DNA from: Bdellovibrio sp. 28-41-41
Lineage (GTDB): Bacteria; Bdellovibrionota; Bdellovibrionia; Bdellovibrionales; Bdellovibrionaceae
NCBI GenBank assembly: GCA_002256935.1
Contig: NCGL01000004.1
Coordinates: 11,557-75,556 of the forward strand
Direction of reading: 5' to 3'
Length of the DNA stretch: 64,000 nt
Position 1 is the stretch's first letter, and every line of letters begins with the position of its first letter. The notes beneath the pieces were generated by a model that ran no database searches, was not told where the DNA came from, and saw only the letters and a list, made by a program, of their open reading frames with translations. A program made the position numbers and the translations under genes. Positions 18,826-27,369 of this stretch are shown here, in pieces.

Positions 18826-19704
18826 TTACGACCCGTTGGGTCGTTTAAAATTGTTTTGAATGGATTGAATTTTTTGTCCAGCATAGGCTCGCGTATGCGA
18901 TAGAGCTTCGCGTGACACTTGGTGAATGGTCGCAATTTTCCCAGGCAAGGCAACCGCAGCCAAAGCAGCTGTTGTTCCGATTGTCTGCGCGGTTGCCTGA
19001 ACTCCTTCACCAATTAATGAACGCATAAGCATCGGCGTGAATAGCAGTGCGACGGCTATTACAAAGTTCATAACGATCAACGTGAGATAAGAGCCTTCGG
19101 TTTTATAAATGTTTCCAAATGATAGTGAGGTCAGCATCGCCGACATGATAGCCCACAGAATTTTCCAGCAAGCGACTTCGATAAGCCCGCGATATAAGTT
19201 CGCAGTTATTCCGGCAGTTCTGGGAAAAATATAGCAAATAATCATCAACGGAGCGCAAACCGAGAGCAAAACCCAATAGAAATAATAAAGCGCAATTGTG
19301 ATATAGCGAGCGATTAACAAAAGAACAAAGCTACCAAAGCTCAAGATAGCCATGAAGAGATCATCAAATTTTAGCAACAGTACATTCTTAGCTACGGCAT
19401 AGCTTTGTGATTTCTCCTGGGCCATTCGCATGAAAGTTTCAAGCCCTGACATATTATCAATTTTTAGAGCGATGCCATCACAGACATCCAAGATCAAATT
19501 TGAAACTTCAGGAAATGAAGCCAAAAGTAGTGCTGCCACAAAACTTCTTTTGATCACATCGGGATAGTTCGCATCTCCTGATTTTAAATATCCAAAGACA
19601 ATGGAAAATAAAATCGCAATGGGCATCATCAAGTAGAACAGTTGGCTTAAACCCTGATATAGATCCCTTACTAGCGTTCCGAGGACTTCAAGATTTGGAA
19701 TCAT
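18826..19704 (-). CDS. VirB6/TrbL-like polytopic membrane protein
   Basis: It has about six hydrophobic helices and follows the TrbJ-like gene. Confidence 0.65.
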   Translation of the reverse strand: MIPNLEVLGTLVRDLYQGLSQLFYLMMPIAILFSIVFGYLKSGDANYPDVIKRSFVAALLLASFPEVSNLILDVCDGIALKIDNMSGLETFMRMAQEKSQSYAVAKNVLLLKFDDLFMAILSFGSFVLLLIARYITIALYYFYWVLLSVCAPLMIICYIFPRTAGITANLYRGLIEVACWKILWAIMSAMLTSLSFGNIYKTEGSYLTLIVMNFVIAVALLFTPMLMRSLIGEGVQATAQTIGTTAALAAVALPGKIATIHQVSREALSHTRAYAGQKIQSIQNNFKRPNGS

Positions 19705-20402
19705 TTGTCACCTCCAATCCTTGGGAGCTTGGTTTCACGGGGAAGAGAGCCAAAGCCATGCGATAGGCTTTGATAATTTTCTTTAAAATTTTGAGTTGCG
19801 ATTTTTTCTTTGCGATTATCATAAGCCATATTTTGGCCCATAATTTTGAGCATCTGACTTTGTATTCTTAGTAACTGGGTCATTACTCCGATGAGAACAC
19901 CTAGTGCTTGGTTTTGTAATTTTCCGGCCCCTTGCGGGCTTACGACTTGGGCATGAAACAGGATGCGATCTTTTTCGCGGTCAACTTGGTCGGCATAGTC
20001 ATATAGATTTCGATTCATCGAAATGACTTCTGCGACGCTTTGATCCTGTGATTTCATTAAGTCTTGATCCATGCCGGTTGGAACAGGACCATAAACAGCT
20101 TGCAATGCTCGAAGGACGGCATCAGCATTTCGTAAATCACCATAGACGCCGGGATTAAATTTTGGATTGATGATCCTGATTAAATCAAGACCGCTTCTAA
20201 CCCCTGCATTTATGTCACGCATCAGATCTAACGAATCTTTGCCGGTCTCAAGAACACTCTTAAGAGTTATGACGGTTTGAATCGCTTGGGCAAGAATTTG
20301 GGTGAGAATGACAACATCACCACCAAAGAGATCCGCTTTCGCAGATCTGGAACTAAAAAACAAAGTGATTGATAATATAGCAGCAATTAGTTTTTTTCTC
20401 AT
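19701..20402 (-). CDS. VirB5/TrbJ-like secreted protein
   Basis: It has a signal peptide and a helical, Q/L-rich body. It lies between VirB4 and VirB6. Confidence 0.5.
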   Translation of the reverse strand: MRKKLIAAILSITLFFSSRSAKADLFGGDVVILTQILAQAIQTVITLKSVLETGKDSLDLMRDINAGVRSGLDLIRIINPKFNPGVYGDLRNADAVLRALQAVYGPVPTGMDQDLMKSQDQSVAEVISMNRNLYDYADQVDREKDRILFHAQVVSPQGAGKLQNQALGVLIGVMTQLLRIQSQMLKIMGQNMAYDNRKEKIATQNFKENYQSLSHGFGSLPRETKLPRIGGDK

Positions 20403-22861
20403 GTGGCCGCCTTCATGGAAGAAACACCAAAGGGTGCGATCGCGGCCGCTTTTGTAAGAGCGGCTTCTAGTGTAAGTCCGCCGCTTCTGAATTTTTCCAG
20501 AAGCTGGTTGTCTCTGGCGTCTGAAGTCGAAATCCAGTATTCAAGTGGCGACGGCTGGATTCTGATAACCTGCCGACTTTCGCCCTCCATTAGAAAACCT
20601 TCACTAAAAACTCCCTTCCTTTGCTCTAAACTTTGAATCAGTCGAAGCTCTTGGCTGTTGAGTTTCAGTGAATCCCGCAGAACTTTGGTGTCACCTTTTT
20701 GAAGCATTACAAGTTTGGTTGCTGTATTGTTCAAAATGGCTGGCCCCATGCCGCTGGCGATAATTTCTTCCACGCCTTGAGTGATAAATGAAATTCCGCT
20801 TCCTGTTTTTCTAAAACAGCGAGCGGCATACTCCATAAACGAACTAGCCGCAGGGCTTTTTAATAGCTCCCAGCATTCGTCGAGAAGAACCCGCTTTGGA
20901 ACTGTTCGATCTGTTTCGACTTGCTCCAAAATGAAGTTTGTCAAAATCAGGATCATAACCGACTGAAGATCTGGGTATTGCGATAAGCCTTTAAGATCAA
21001 ATGCAACGATAGTTCTGTCACCCTCAATTTTTCCATGCCCATCGAGCAGACGGCCGTAGGGTGTGGCTCCAATCCACGGAAAAAGCAATTTTCCAATTCG
21101 TCGCAACGAATCCTCGGAGCTCGCCAGGCAATATTTTGCTAGATCCGACAATACGGGGGAGCCAGGAGTAGCAGCGCTTCTTGAGATTTCAAATACGTTA
21201 GTGAGCGCCTCTTCAAGCTGAACACGTTCAAAACGAGTCAACTTCTCGCCCTGGTCCACCACCATTTGTTCAATGATACTGACTATACCTTTAAGCTTTT
21301 CGCCAGAGGGAGCCAATTTTGGATCGCGCAATTCAAAAGGATTTATTCGATAAAGGCCCATCAGATTGATCTCAAAATATTGACCGTCTAGAAGCTCGGT
21401 CATTTTTTTATAAGACCCACCGATGTCGATTATGAAAACACGAGTGCCTCTGGCAATCTGCTGAAGCATGAGGAAATTATTGGCAAAACTTTTTCCTGAT
21501 CCACTGGACCCCGTAATAAGGGCATTAAAATTATTTAGCCGAGACGAATAGGGATTCAGTGAGTAGAGAGTTCCAAGCCTTGTCTTAATCAAACAAAATG
21601 GTTTTTCATCACCTGTTGCCGCACCATAAAGCGGAAAGAAATCGACCAGATTGTTTGTTTTTACTCTTTTTGTTCGCACCATCGCCATTGGCGCTAGAGG
21701 CAAATTGGCCTTGAATGTCTTCCAACTGGCAACAGTTTCCTGCATTCCCTCAGAGCCACTCAAGGTTTTAAACCGCGATAGAACTTCTTTCGTGTGAAGA
21801 TTAAGGCGACGCTCGCCCTCAACACTTGCCGTCTCTCTTAGTATAATTATTAGCTCCGCCCGAAAAACTCGTTGCCCGGTTTCAATAATTTCACGGAGTA
21901 AGTCCGTGGTTTGTGAAAGCCGTGATTCACTTTCTAGATCTGAAACCCGATTGTTCGACGAACTCGAAAGGGAGTGCGCCATTCGACGTTTGGATTCAAG
22001 ATTCTTAATTTCTTTGGACTGGTCAGGAATATTAAATGAAAATAGAAGCTCATACTTAAATGGCAATGTCTGAAATCCACTCATCATTCCGGCAAATGTC
22101 ATTTCGGGCAATGTCTTCAGGGTGATAACTCTTGTCTTGAGTTGATCAAGGACAAAGTCTTGTTGATCTAAAACTAAGTCGGCAAATACAAGTTGTGCGC
22201 GAGGTGAGATGTCATCAAGATCAGGATCTCGTTTAGAAACTTTGGGAGGAGTTACACTTTCTGATCGTTTCGGGTTAAAATGCCTATAGAGAATTTCAAC
22301 AAAATCCTCCTTGGTGCAATCATTTGTTACAAATCCCATTGATGAAAGTGTTGCCTTCGCGGTTTCAAGCGCCTGACTAAGACTCTGAAGTCGGTCTTCG
22401 AATTGTTTTTCAAATTCAGCAGCAAATTTTTTTGTCGATGAAAAAGAGAACGAGCCCGGCTTTTCAGCTCCAGTGGTTTTTAAAAAAAATAAAAGCCTAG
22501 GTCTAAATAGTAATCCTGATTTCACTTGTTCGGCTAGGCTCGCAGCCCTAGCACAATCAAGATTTTTCAAAAACAGGTTTTCAGTCGTTACAAGTTTTGT
22601 ATGAGCAGCAAGAACTTCATCAACGTCATTTTCAATCTTAACAAGGAACTGGGAAGTCATACCTTCAGGTAGTGAGTTTGCAAAAGCACGCAGTCCCATT
22701 GTGAGTTGATTGATTCTTGATTCATCAAAACATTCGATATCTAAAGGCAGAATTTCAAAGCCAGATGAGACTGAGCCGTCAAACAACAAGACGTGAGGAA
22801 ATGGAGTGGACTCAATTTCCCAAAAGGGAAGACTTTCAGCAAGTGAATGTATAGAATTCAT
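20399..22861 (-). CDS. VirB4/TrbE-family T4SS ATPase
   Basis: An 820-aa protein with Walker A ITGSSGSGKSF and Walker B RVLLDECWELL. Confidence 0.9.
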   Translation of the reverse strand: MNSIHSLAESLPFWEIESTPFPHVLLFDGSVSSGFEILPLDIECFDESRINQLTMGLRAFANSLPEGMTSQFLVKIENDVDEVLAAHTKLVTTENLFLKNLDCARAASLAEQVKSGLLFRPRLLFFLKTTGAEKPGSFSFSSTKKFAAEFEKQFEDRLQSLSQALETAKATLSSMGFVTNDCTKEDFVEILYRHFNPKRSESVTPPKVSKRDPDLDDISPRAQLVFADLVLDQQDFVLDQLKTRVITLKTLPEMTFAGMMSGFQTLPFKYELLFSFNIPDQSKEIKNLESKRRMAHSLSSSSNNRVSDLESESRLSQTTDLLREIIETGQRVFRAELIIILRETASVEGERRLNLHTKEVLSRFKTLSGSEGMQETVASWKTFKANLPLAPMAMVRTKRVKTNNLVDFFPLYGAATGDEKPFCLIKTRLGTLYSLNPYSSRLNNFNALITGSSGSGKSFANNFLMLQQIARGTRVFIIDIGGSYKKMTELLDGQYFEINLMGLYRINPFELRDPKLAPSGEKLKGIVSIIEQMVVDQGEKLTRFERVQLEEALTNVFEISRSAATPGSPVLSDLAKYCLASSEDSLRRIGKLLFPWIGATPYGRLLDGHGKIEGDRTIVAFDLKGLSQYPDLQSVMILILTNFILEQVETDRTVPKRVLLDECWELLKSPAASSFMEYAARCFRKTGSGISFITQGVEEIIASGMGPAILNNTATKLVMLQKGDTKVLRDSLKLNSQELRLIQSLEQRKGVFSEGFLMEGESRQVIRIQPSPLEYWISTSDARDNQLLEKFRSGGLTLEAALTKAAAIAPFGVSSMKAAT

Positions 22862-23181
22862 AGGGCACCGCCATTTGTGAAGCGTCGGTATTTAGAATCA
22901 GAAGCATTGGCAGAAGTGACCGTTGGAGAAATAAGGTGTTCAAAATAGTGTTGAAGAAATTGATCAGGTTTCCCTCGTTTGAAAATGAATAGAATGAGAC
23001 CAATACCAATGCTTGTGCCAAACACCATGGGAATTTTCATAGAAGTAGATCCAAAAATTAAATTTTGGACAGATAGATTTAAAAGCAGAACAAGAACATC
23101 AGAGAGTTCAAGTCCTAGAATTTTGTTTTTAGTTTCCAGCGTTCGAGGAACTGTTGAGGTCAATAATAATTCTTCACTCAT
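22858..23181 (-). CDS. VirB3/TrbD-like small membrane protein
   Basis: I chose the internal ATG at 23181, which forms a TAATG overlap with the pilin gene. It has two hydrophobic segments and sits just upstream of VirB4. Confidence 0.5.
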   Translation of the reverse strand: MSEELLLTSTVPRTLETKNKILGLELSDVLVLLLNLSVQNLIFGSTSMKIPMVFGTSIGIGLILFIFKRGKPDQFLQHYFEHLISPTVTSANASDSKYRRFTNGGAL

Positions 23182-23465
23182 TAGTGAACTGCCTGTGAAA
23201 TGAAGTCTACAATCGCCCCGGCCCCAAAGCCGATAATAGATCCTAAAATGGCGTACCACATATGGGTTTTGGCCCGCTCATTGCCACTCATCAGACTGAA
23301 CGCTGCCCATGCGATTGCAATAATTGAAAGTGTGGGCAATATAACCCGAGTCAGTTTTGTTTGAATGCCGAGCAGTGAAGACTCAACATTGGCGAGTCCC
23401 AACTCTGGCACCATAATTAGTGCAATTGATAATACTAAAATTCCAAATAACATTTTTTTGTGTTT
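23181..23465 (-). CDS. VirB2/TrbC-like pilin
   Basis: The ATG at 23465 follows an AAGGAGGTG SD. A long signal peptide is followed by two hydrophobic helices, about 94 aa in total. Confidence 0.55.
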   Translation of the reverse strand, partial: KHKKMLFGILVLSIALIMVPELGLANVESSLLGIQTKLTRVILPTLSIIAIAWAAFSLMSGNERAKTHMWYAILGSIIGFGAGAIVDFISQAVH

Positions 23466-23490
23466 CATAGAGTCACCTCCTTTGTTTGTG

Positions 23491-23904
23491 TTAAGATGCA
23501 ATCATGTCCTCCAAAGCTTCTTTCTTGTCTGGAAACAGACAGATGAAAATGTTTTCGGTGAAAAGTTGAATTCGCAGCGAAATAAAGCAGCCGACAAGCC
23601 TCCCTTCGCCGATACGATTCCAGTTTGTACGAATTTCGTCGCTTGCCATTTTGTATTCCTCAAGGCTGAGAACAACGTATTTTGTATCGTCTTTGTCGTC
23701 GGGTACGACAAAGTATTGTTGTCCTGGGTAAACGAAGATTTTTAATTTGAACTTCTTTGATCCGATTTTTAGAAAAGCGATGCCAACGCTTTCTCCTTCG
23801 ATGATTTCACCACTCGAGGTTACTTCGCCAAGGTAAACTCCAAAACGGTCGGTTTTTCTAATAGGTACAACATTATTATTTGGAAAGTCCGAATTGTAGC
23901 TCAT
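23491..23904 (-). CDS. Hypothetical protein (137 aa from MSYNSDF)
   Basis: The ORF is in an operon context and overlaps the upstream gene. No motif was recognised. Confidence 0.4.
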   Translation of the reverse strand: MSYNSDFPNNNVVPIRKTDRFGVYLGEVTSSGEIIEGESVGIAFLKIGSKKFKLKIFVYPGQQYFVVPDDKDDTKYVVLSLEEYKMASDEIRTNWNRIGEGRLVGCFISLRIQLFTENIFICLFPDKKEALEDMIAS

Positions 23905-24152
23905 GCTGCAAACCTTTCTAGTTCGAACATCTCTAGAACATCTTCGGTCCAACCACAGTCACAACAAGTCAAATAGCCACTGTGAAAATCAGTAAGGCCG
24001 CCGCATTCTGGGCAAATTTCGCCGTCAACGGGCGGGCCTGATTTTTTGAAGTTTAGAAATCGCCGTTTAAAACCTGGTTCAATCCGTTTTTCAAAACCAT
24101 GTTTATCATCCACTCGGTAGATTGGATTTTTATCTTTTAATGTTCTCGACAT
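23901..24152 (-). CDS. Zinc-ribbon mini-protein
   Basis: It carries CPECGG..CCDCGW. The ATG at 24152 follows a GGAGG SD. It is paralogous to 24389-24661. Confidence 0.5.
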   Translation of the reverse strand: MSRTLKDKNPIYRVDDKHGFEKRIEPGFKRRFLNFKKSGPPVDGEICPECGGLTDFHSGYLTCCDCGWTEDVLEMFELERFAA

Positions 24153-24364
24153 TAATAGTTCCTCCATTGTTGCTGCCGACTAAATGAAGTGGGGGCTCGT
24201 TTTGATTCCAGTCTTTCCCATGTCTCTAAATTTAAATCTGGTTGTGATAGAGCCAATGCAAGACGGCTCCAAAAATTGAGCTTCGTTGGGTTAGCTGTGA
24301 TTGCCTCTGCCAGCCTTAAGCTCACACAATTTTCACTTTGATTTATAATTGTTTTTGCGTTCAT
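24152..24364 (-). CDS. Hypothetical small protein
   Basis: A 70-aa ORF with a GGAGGTG SD that is translationally coupled downstream. Confidence 0.4.
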   Translation of the reverse strand: MNAKTIINQSENCVSLRLAEAITANPTKLNFWSRLALALSQPDLNLETWERLESKRAPTSFSRQQQWRNY

Positions 24365-24388
24365 AATTTCACCTCCTTCGGTTATTGG

Positions 24389-24661
24389 TTATGCAATCTT
24401 TATTGCTGATTCTGAAAAAAATTCTTGATCTGCGTTTTCGTGATCGTTATTTTGTTTTTGTGTTAGCGATTCAAAAGTGACTTGATCGTCAAACTGCTGC
24501 CTGACTGCTTGGAATGGATTGTCGAGCTGGCCGAGCTGAACCAGCAGCAAACTATTATCCCAATCACAATCACAGCACATTTGGTCTAAGCCCATCGTAA
24601 CGATTTCGACGGACCCGCATTTTGGGCACTTTTCTTTTTTATGTTGTTTCGTTATATTCAT
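24389..24661 (-). CDS. Zinc-ribbon mini-protein (first gene of the T4SS operon)
   Basis: It carries CPKCGS..CCDCDW and has an acidic tail. The SD is AGGGGGA. Confidence 0.5.
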   Translation of the reverse strand: MNITKQHKKEKCPKCGSVEIVTMGLDQMCCDCDWDNSLLLVQLGQLDNPFQAVRQQFDDQVTFESLTQKQNNDHENADQEFFSESAIKIA

Positions 24662-24718
24662 TCGATCCCCCTTTATTGTTGGACTCTCTTTTCAAGAGCA
24701 TTTCTTGACTCCCTATAG

Positions 24719-24735
24719 AGCAGGAATGGGTCCGA
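24719..24735 (-). promoter_or_regulatory. Candidate sigma54 (-24/-12) promoter for the T4SS operon
   Basis: The minus strand reads TCGGACCCATTCCTGCT. This gives GG-N10-GC spacing with a CTGCT -12 element, about 60 bp upstream of the first ATG. Confidence 0.3.
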
Positions 24736-24823
24736 ATGTTTTTTCAGATGAAAAAATGAAACTAAGTCGTTGAAAGAATTTAGAAAATATAGAAAAAGTG
24801 AATTGAGGAGTTATTTTTAAAAT

Positions 24824-24839
24824 TGGCGGATACCCGCCA
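24824..24839. promoter_or_regulatory. 16-bp palindrome TGGCGG-ATAC-CCGCCA (candidate enhancer/UAS, alternatively a weak terminator hairpin)
   Basis: The half-sites are perfectly inverted. This is one of three copies in the window. Confidence 0.4.
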
Positions 24840-24892
24840 TAGATAAAAAATGCAAACTTAAGAATATTAATAAGTTATGCAAAAAATCTCGG

Positions 24893-24908
24893 TGGCGGTA
24901 TGCCGCCA
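24893..24908. promoter_or_regulatory. 16-bp palindrome TGGCGG-TATG-CCGCCA
   Basis: This is the second copy. It lies 69 bp from the first and 75 bp downstream of the kinase stop codon. Confidence 0.4.
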
Positions 24909-24982
24909 TACCTGGCGGCAAGTTACCAGGGGAAAGTTGTCGTTAAAAAATTGAATACTTTTAAGAGATAAAGGCGTGGTTG

Positions 24983-26539
24983 CTAGCGAACAATGATTGG
25001 TAACGTAGAGATTTGACTTTTGGGGATCAAAAAGACTCCGTCTCTTGAGCATCGGGAGCGAATATCAAATTGATCAAAATTTCCAGTGACAAGAAACTTT
25101 TGTGACTCAGTCGGCAGGTTTGACAGCAGATCTAAGCCATTTATTTCCTCATTTAAATCAAAGTCCAAAAGAAAAATGTATCGTTCAGGGTTTTCAGAAA
25201 ATTTGTTCTTTAGACTCAGTAGCTCACGCGAAGAAGAAAATAATTTGGTATTTGCGGAAAGAGCCACTTCGCGCATCTTTTCATTCCATAGGTGACGAGC
25301 TGCCAGTTGGTCATCTAGAATTACAATCACCGAGTCCTGATTCAGTTTTAACCTCGGGACATACCATTTTGCTCGCTCTTTTATTGGAAGAGTGATTGTG
25401 ACGAGAGTTTCAAAATCTTTTTGTGAGTTGACTCCAATTTTTCCGCCCCAAGATTCAATCCACTGCTTTGCATGATACAAACCAATACCAGTTCCGCCTG
25501 CTTTACCGGAAGTAAAACCATTTTCAAAGACCTTGTTTATAATTTCAGATGCAATCCCGCGACCGCCATCTTTTATCGAGATGACAATCTCTCCGCCATT
25601 ATCGACAGCGGAAAGCTTAATCAGTCCGCCAGAAGTTGTTGCCTCGATTGAGTTATTTACGATATTCCCAAGCAGGGCTCTTAACTCAAATGGGACATGA
25701 GTTGCTTCTGCCGAAACAATAGAGTCATCGATATCAGATTCAAATTTCAAATATGAAGGTATCGACAACGCAATTTCTCGCACGGCGGAAACCAAGGAAT
25801 CATAAATTTCTACAGAATTGTTGGCTGAAGCAGAATCAGACTTTTTGTCTTCATCAAGAGAGGAAATTAAACTCTTTATTTGACCGATAGTCGAGATCAA
25901 AAGTTCCTTGTCGGCTTTTACTGAGTCTGGCAAGCGAGTTGGAATCCTCATGAGCGCAGCAAGTGGGGTTCTTAAATTATGGCGAATTTGCCGAGCGAGT
26001 TCAGCCTTTAATAATCCCTTTTCTGCACCTAGATCGTTTTCCAATTGCTCCAGGATTCGCTTTTTCATGTATCTAGTTTGAGGAATTGAAACCAGATTCA
26101 AAACGATCCATACTAAAAGTGCGTAAGGGATTAATCGAAGGCGACTGTATTCAAAAATGATTTCATCGGGACCTATCGAGCTAAGTTTATCAATAGTCGG
26201 AAATGTCACTTTCTCTTTAGTCAGAGATCTCCAAAAAGAACCATCAGTGAAATACTCAGCATTCGGAGGAAGCGAAAAGGACCGAGCTGTATTTGGCGAC
26301 CGATACCAAATAACTTCAAATTTATCGAGCCGTGCCTCTTGCAATATTAAACCGACTTCTCGAAAGTCACCAATTTCAACCATTCTAGAAATAAACTTGG
26401 TACTTTGTTCTGCTACTGATTGCATATGTAAAGTATTGGCGATCATTGATATGCCTAAAATAATAAAAAGGCCGATGGTCGAAAAAACCATTTGTTTCTG
26501 CTCAAACTGTTTGATTCGGTTTGGAAAAGATTCTACCAT
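24983..26539 (-). CDS. Membrane hybrid sensor histidine kinase
   Basis: Two TM helices flank a ~110-aa periplasmic loop. The H-box is RHNLRTPL and the HATPase G-boxes are DGGRGI and GGTGIGLY. The C-terminal domain is receiver-like (ILDD..LLDFDL). Confidence 0.85.
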   Translation of the reverse strand: MVESFPNRIKQFEQKQMVFSTIGLFIILGISMIANTLHMQSVAEQSTKFISRMVEIGDFREVGLILQEARLDKFEVIWYRSPNTARSFSLPPNAEYFTDGSFWRSLTKEKVTFPTIDKLSSIGPDEIIFEYSRLRLIPYALLVWIVLNLVSIPQTRYMKKRILEQLENDLGAEKGLLKAELARQIRHNLRTPLAALMRIPTRLPDSVKADKELLISTIGQIKSLISSLDEDKKSDSASANNSVEIYDSLVSAVREIALSIPSYLKFESDIDDSIVSAEATHVPFELRALLGNIVNNSIEATTSGGLIKLSAVDNGGEIVISIKDGGRGIASEIINKVFENGFTSGKAGGTGIGLYHAKQWIESWGGKIGVNSQKDFETLVTITLPIKERAKWYVPRLKLNQDSVIVILDDQLAARHLWNEKMREVALSANTKLFSSSRELLSLKNKFSENPERYIFLLDFDLNEEINGLDLLSNLPTESQKFLVTGNFDQFDIRSRCSRDGVFLIPKSQISTLPIIVR

Positions 26540-27369
26540 AAATGAACCTCTAATCCCTTAACCCGATAGCCAACAGGAGTAATTGGGCAGTTTTTAAACT
26601 CATAGAAATCATCAAGGTCAATTTCAGTCCGCTCAAGCTCAGGAATTGGGATTGATAATTCGGTGTCATTTTTTCCAAGCAATGGAATAATTTTAGATAG
26701 GAATTCTGTTCCCATGTGAGCGGGATTTTTAAAACTATTGTCAGAGTTAGTCGATAAAGAGCTTTGAGTAGAATGATACCAAGCAAAGTTAGCTAAGGCT
26801 TCTCGAAAAGATTTAGTGACACTCTCTTCTAAATTGTCTGTTAGCGCAAAGCCTAGAATATCAAACGAATTATTCATGACAATCTGGCAAACAATCCCAA
26901 AATAGGGTGCAGATGCGGCCATCGCGTAGAACGATACATTTACATCCGGCATTCTTTTTAGAAACTCAGCGAACTCAGATTTGGAATTCGACGAGGCTAA
27001 ATTCATATAGATTTTTTTGAACGAAACTTGATCCTTTAAATGAGAAAAAATAAAATATCGCTCCAGTGCTTCGCAATAGGCATGATTGTCCGCACCGTTT
27101 CGTCCGCCAACTGCAAAACCTAAAAAAGATTTCTGAGTCCTATAGAAAATCAATCGCTCAATGGCTTCGGAGACTGATTTTTCCAAAGCCAGTACGCGAT
27201 CTAAATCTATACCTCTGCCTTCGGCTATTTTTTCGCCAAAAGTGATTTTAGTCGCGAAATCGTATAGCCCTGGAAAGTAGGTAGTAGTCCAATCCAGCTC
27301 AGTAAATTTTGGATTGAATACCGATTTATTTGAATAAAGCCAATGGGCTAATTTATTTTGATTAGCCAT
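26533..27369 (-). CDS. Compact YcaO-like protein (278 aa, no signal peptide)
   Basis: The motifs resemble the YcaO ATP/Mg motifs: GRGIDLDRVLALEKSVSEAIERL, GFAVGGRNGADNHAYCEALERY and LGFALTDNLEESVTKSFREAL. Confidence 0.5.
   Translation of the reverse strand: MANQNKLAHWLYSNKSVFNPKFTELDWTTTYFPGLYDFATKITFGEKIAEGRGIDLDRVLALEKSVSEAIERLIFYRTQKSFLGFAVGGRNGADNHAYCEALERYFIFSHLKDQVSFKKIYMNLASSNSKSEFAEFLKRMPDVNVSFYAMAASAPYFGIVCQIVMNNSFDILGFALTDNLEESVTKSFREALANFAWYHSTQSSLSTNSDNSFKNPAHMGTEFLSKIIPLLGKNDTELSIPIPELERTEIDLDDFYEFKNCPITPVGYRVKGLEVHLW

Noticed and set aside
24700-24740. Fragments similar to the tRNA-Val 3' end (ACTCCCTA, GCAGG, TCCGAAT), which could have marked an internal att site.
   Set aside because: The pieces are in the wrong order relative to the tRNA and each is at most 8 nt. 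The same bases are better explained as the -24/-12-like promoter region.
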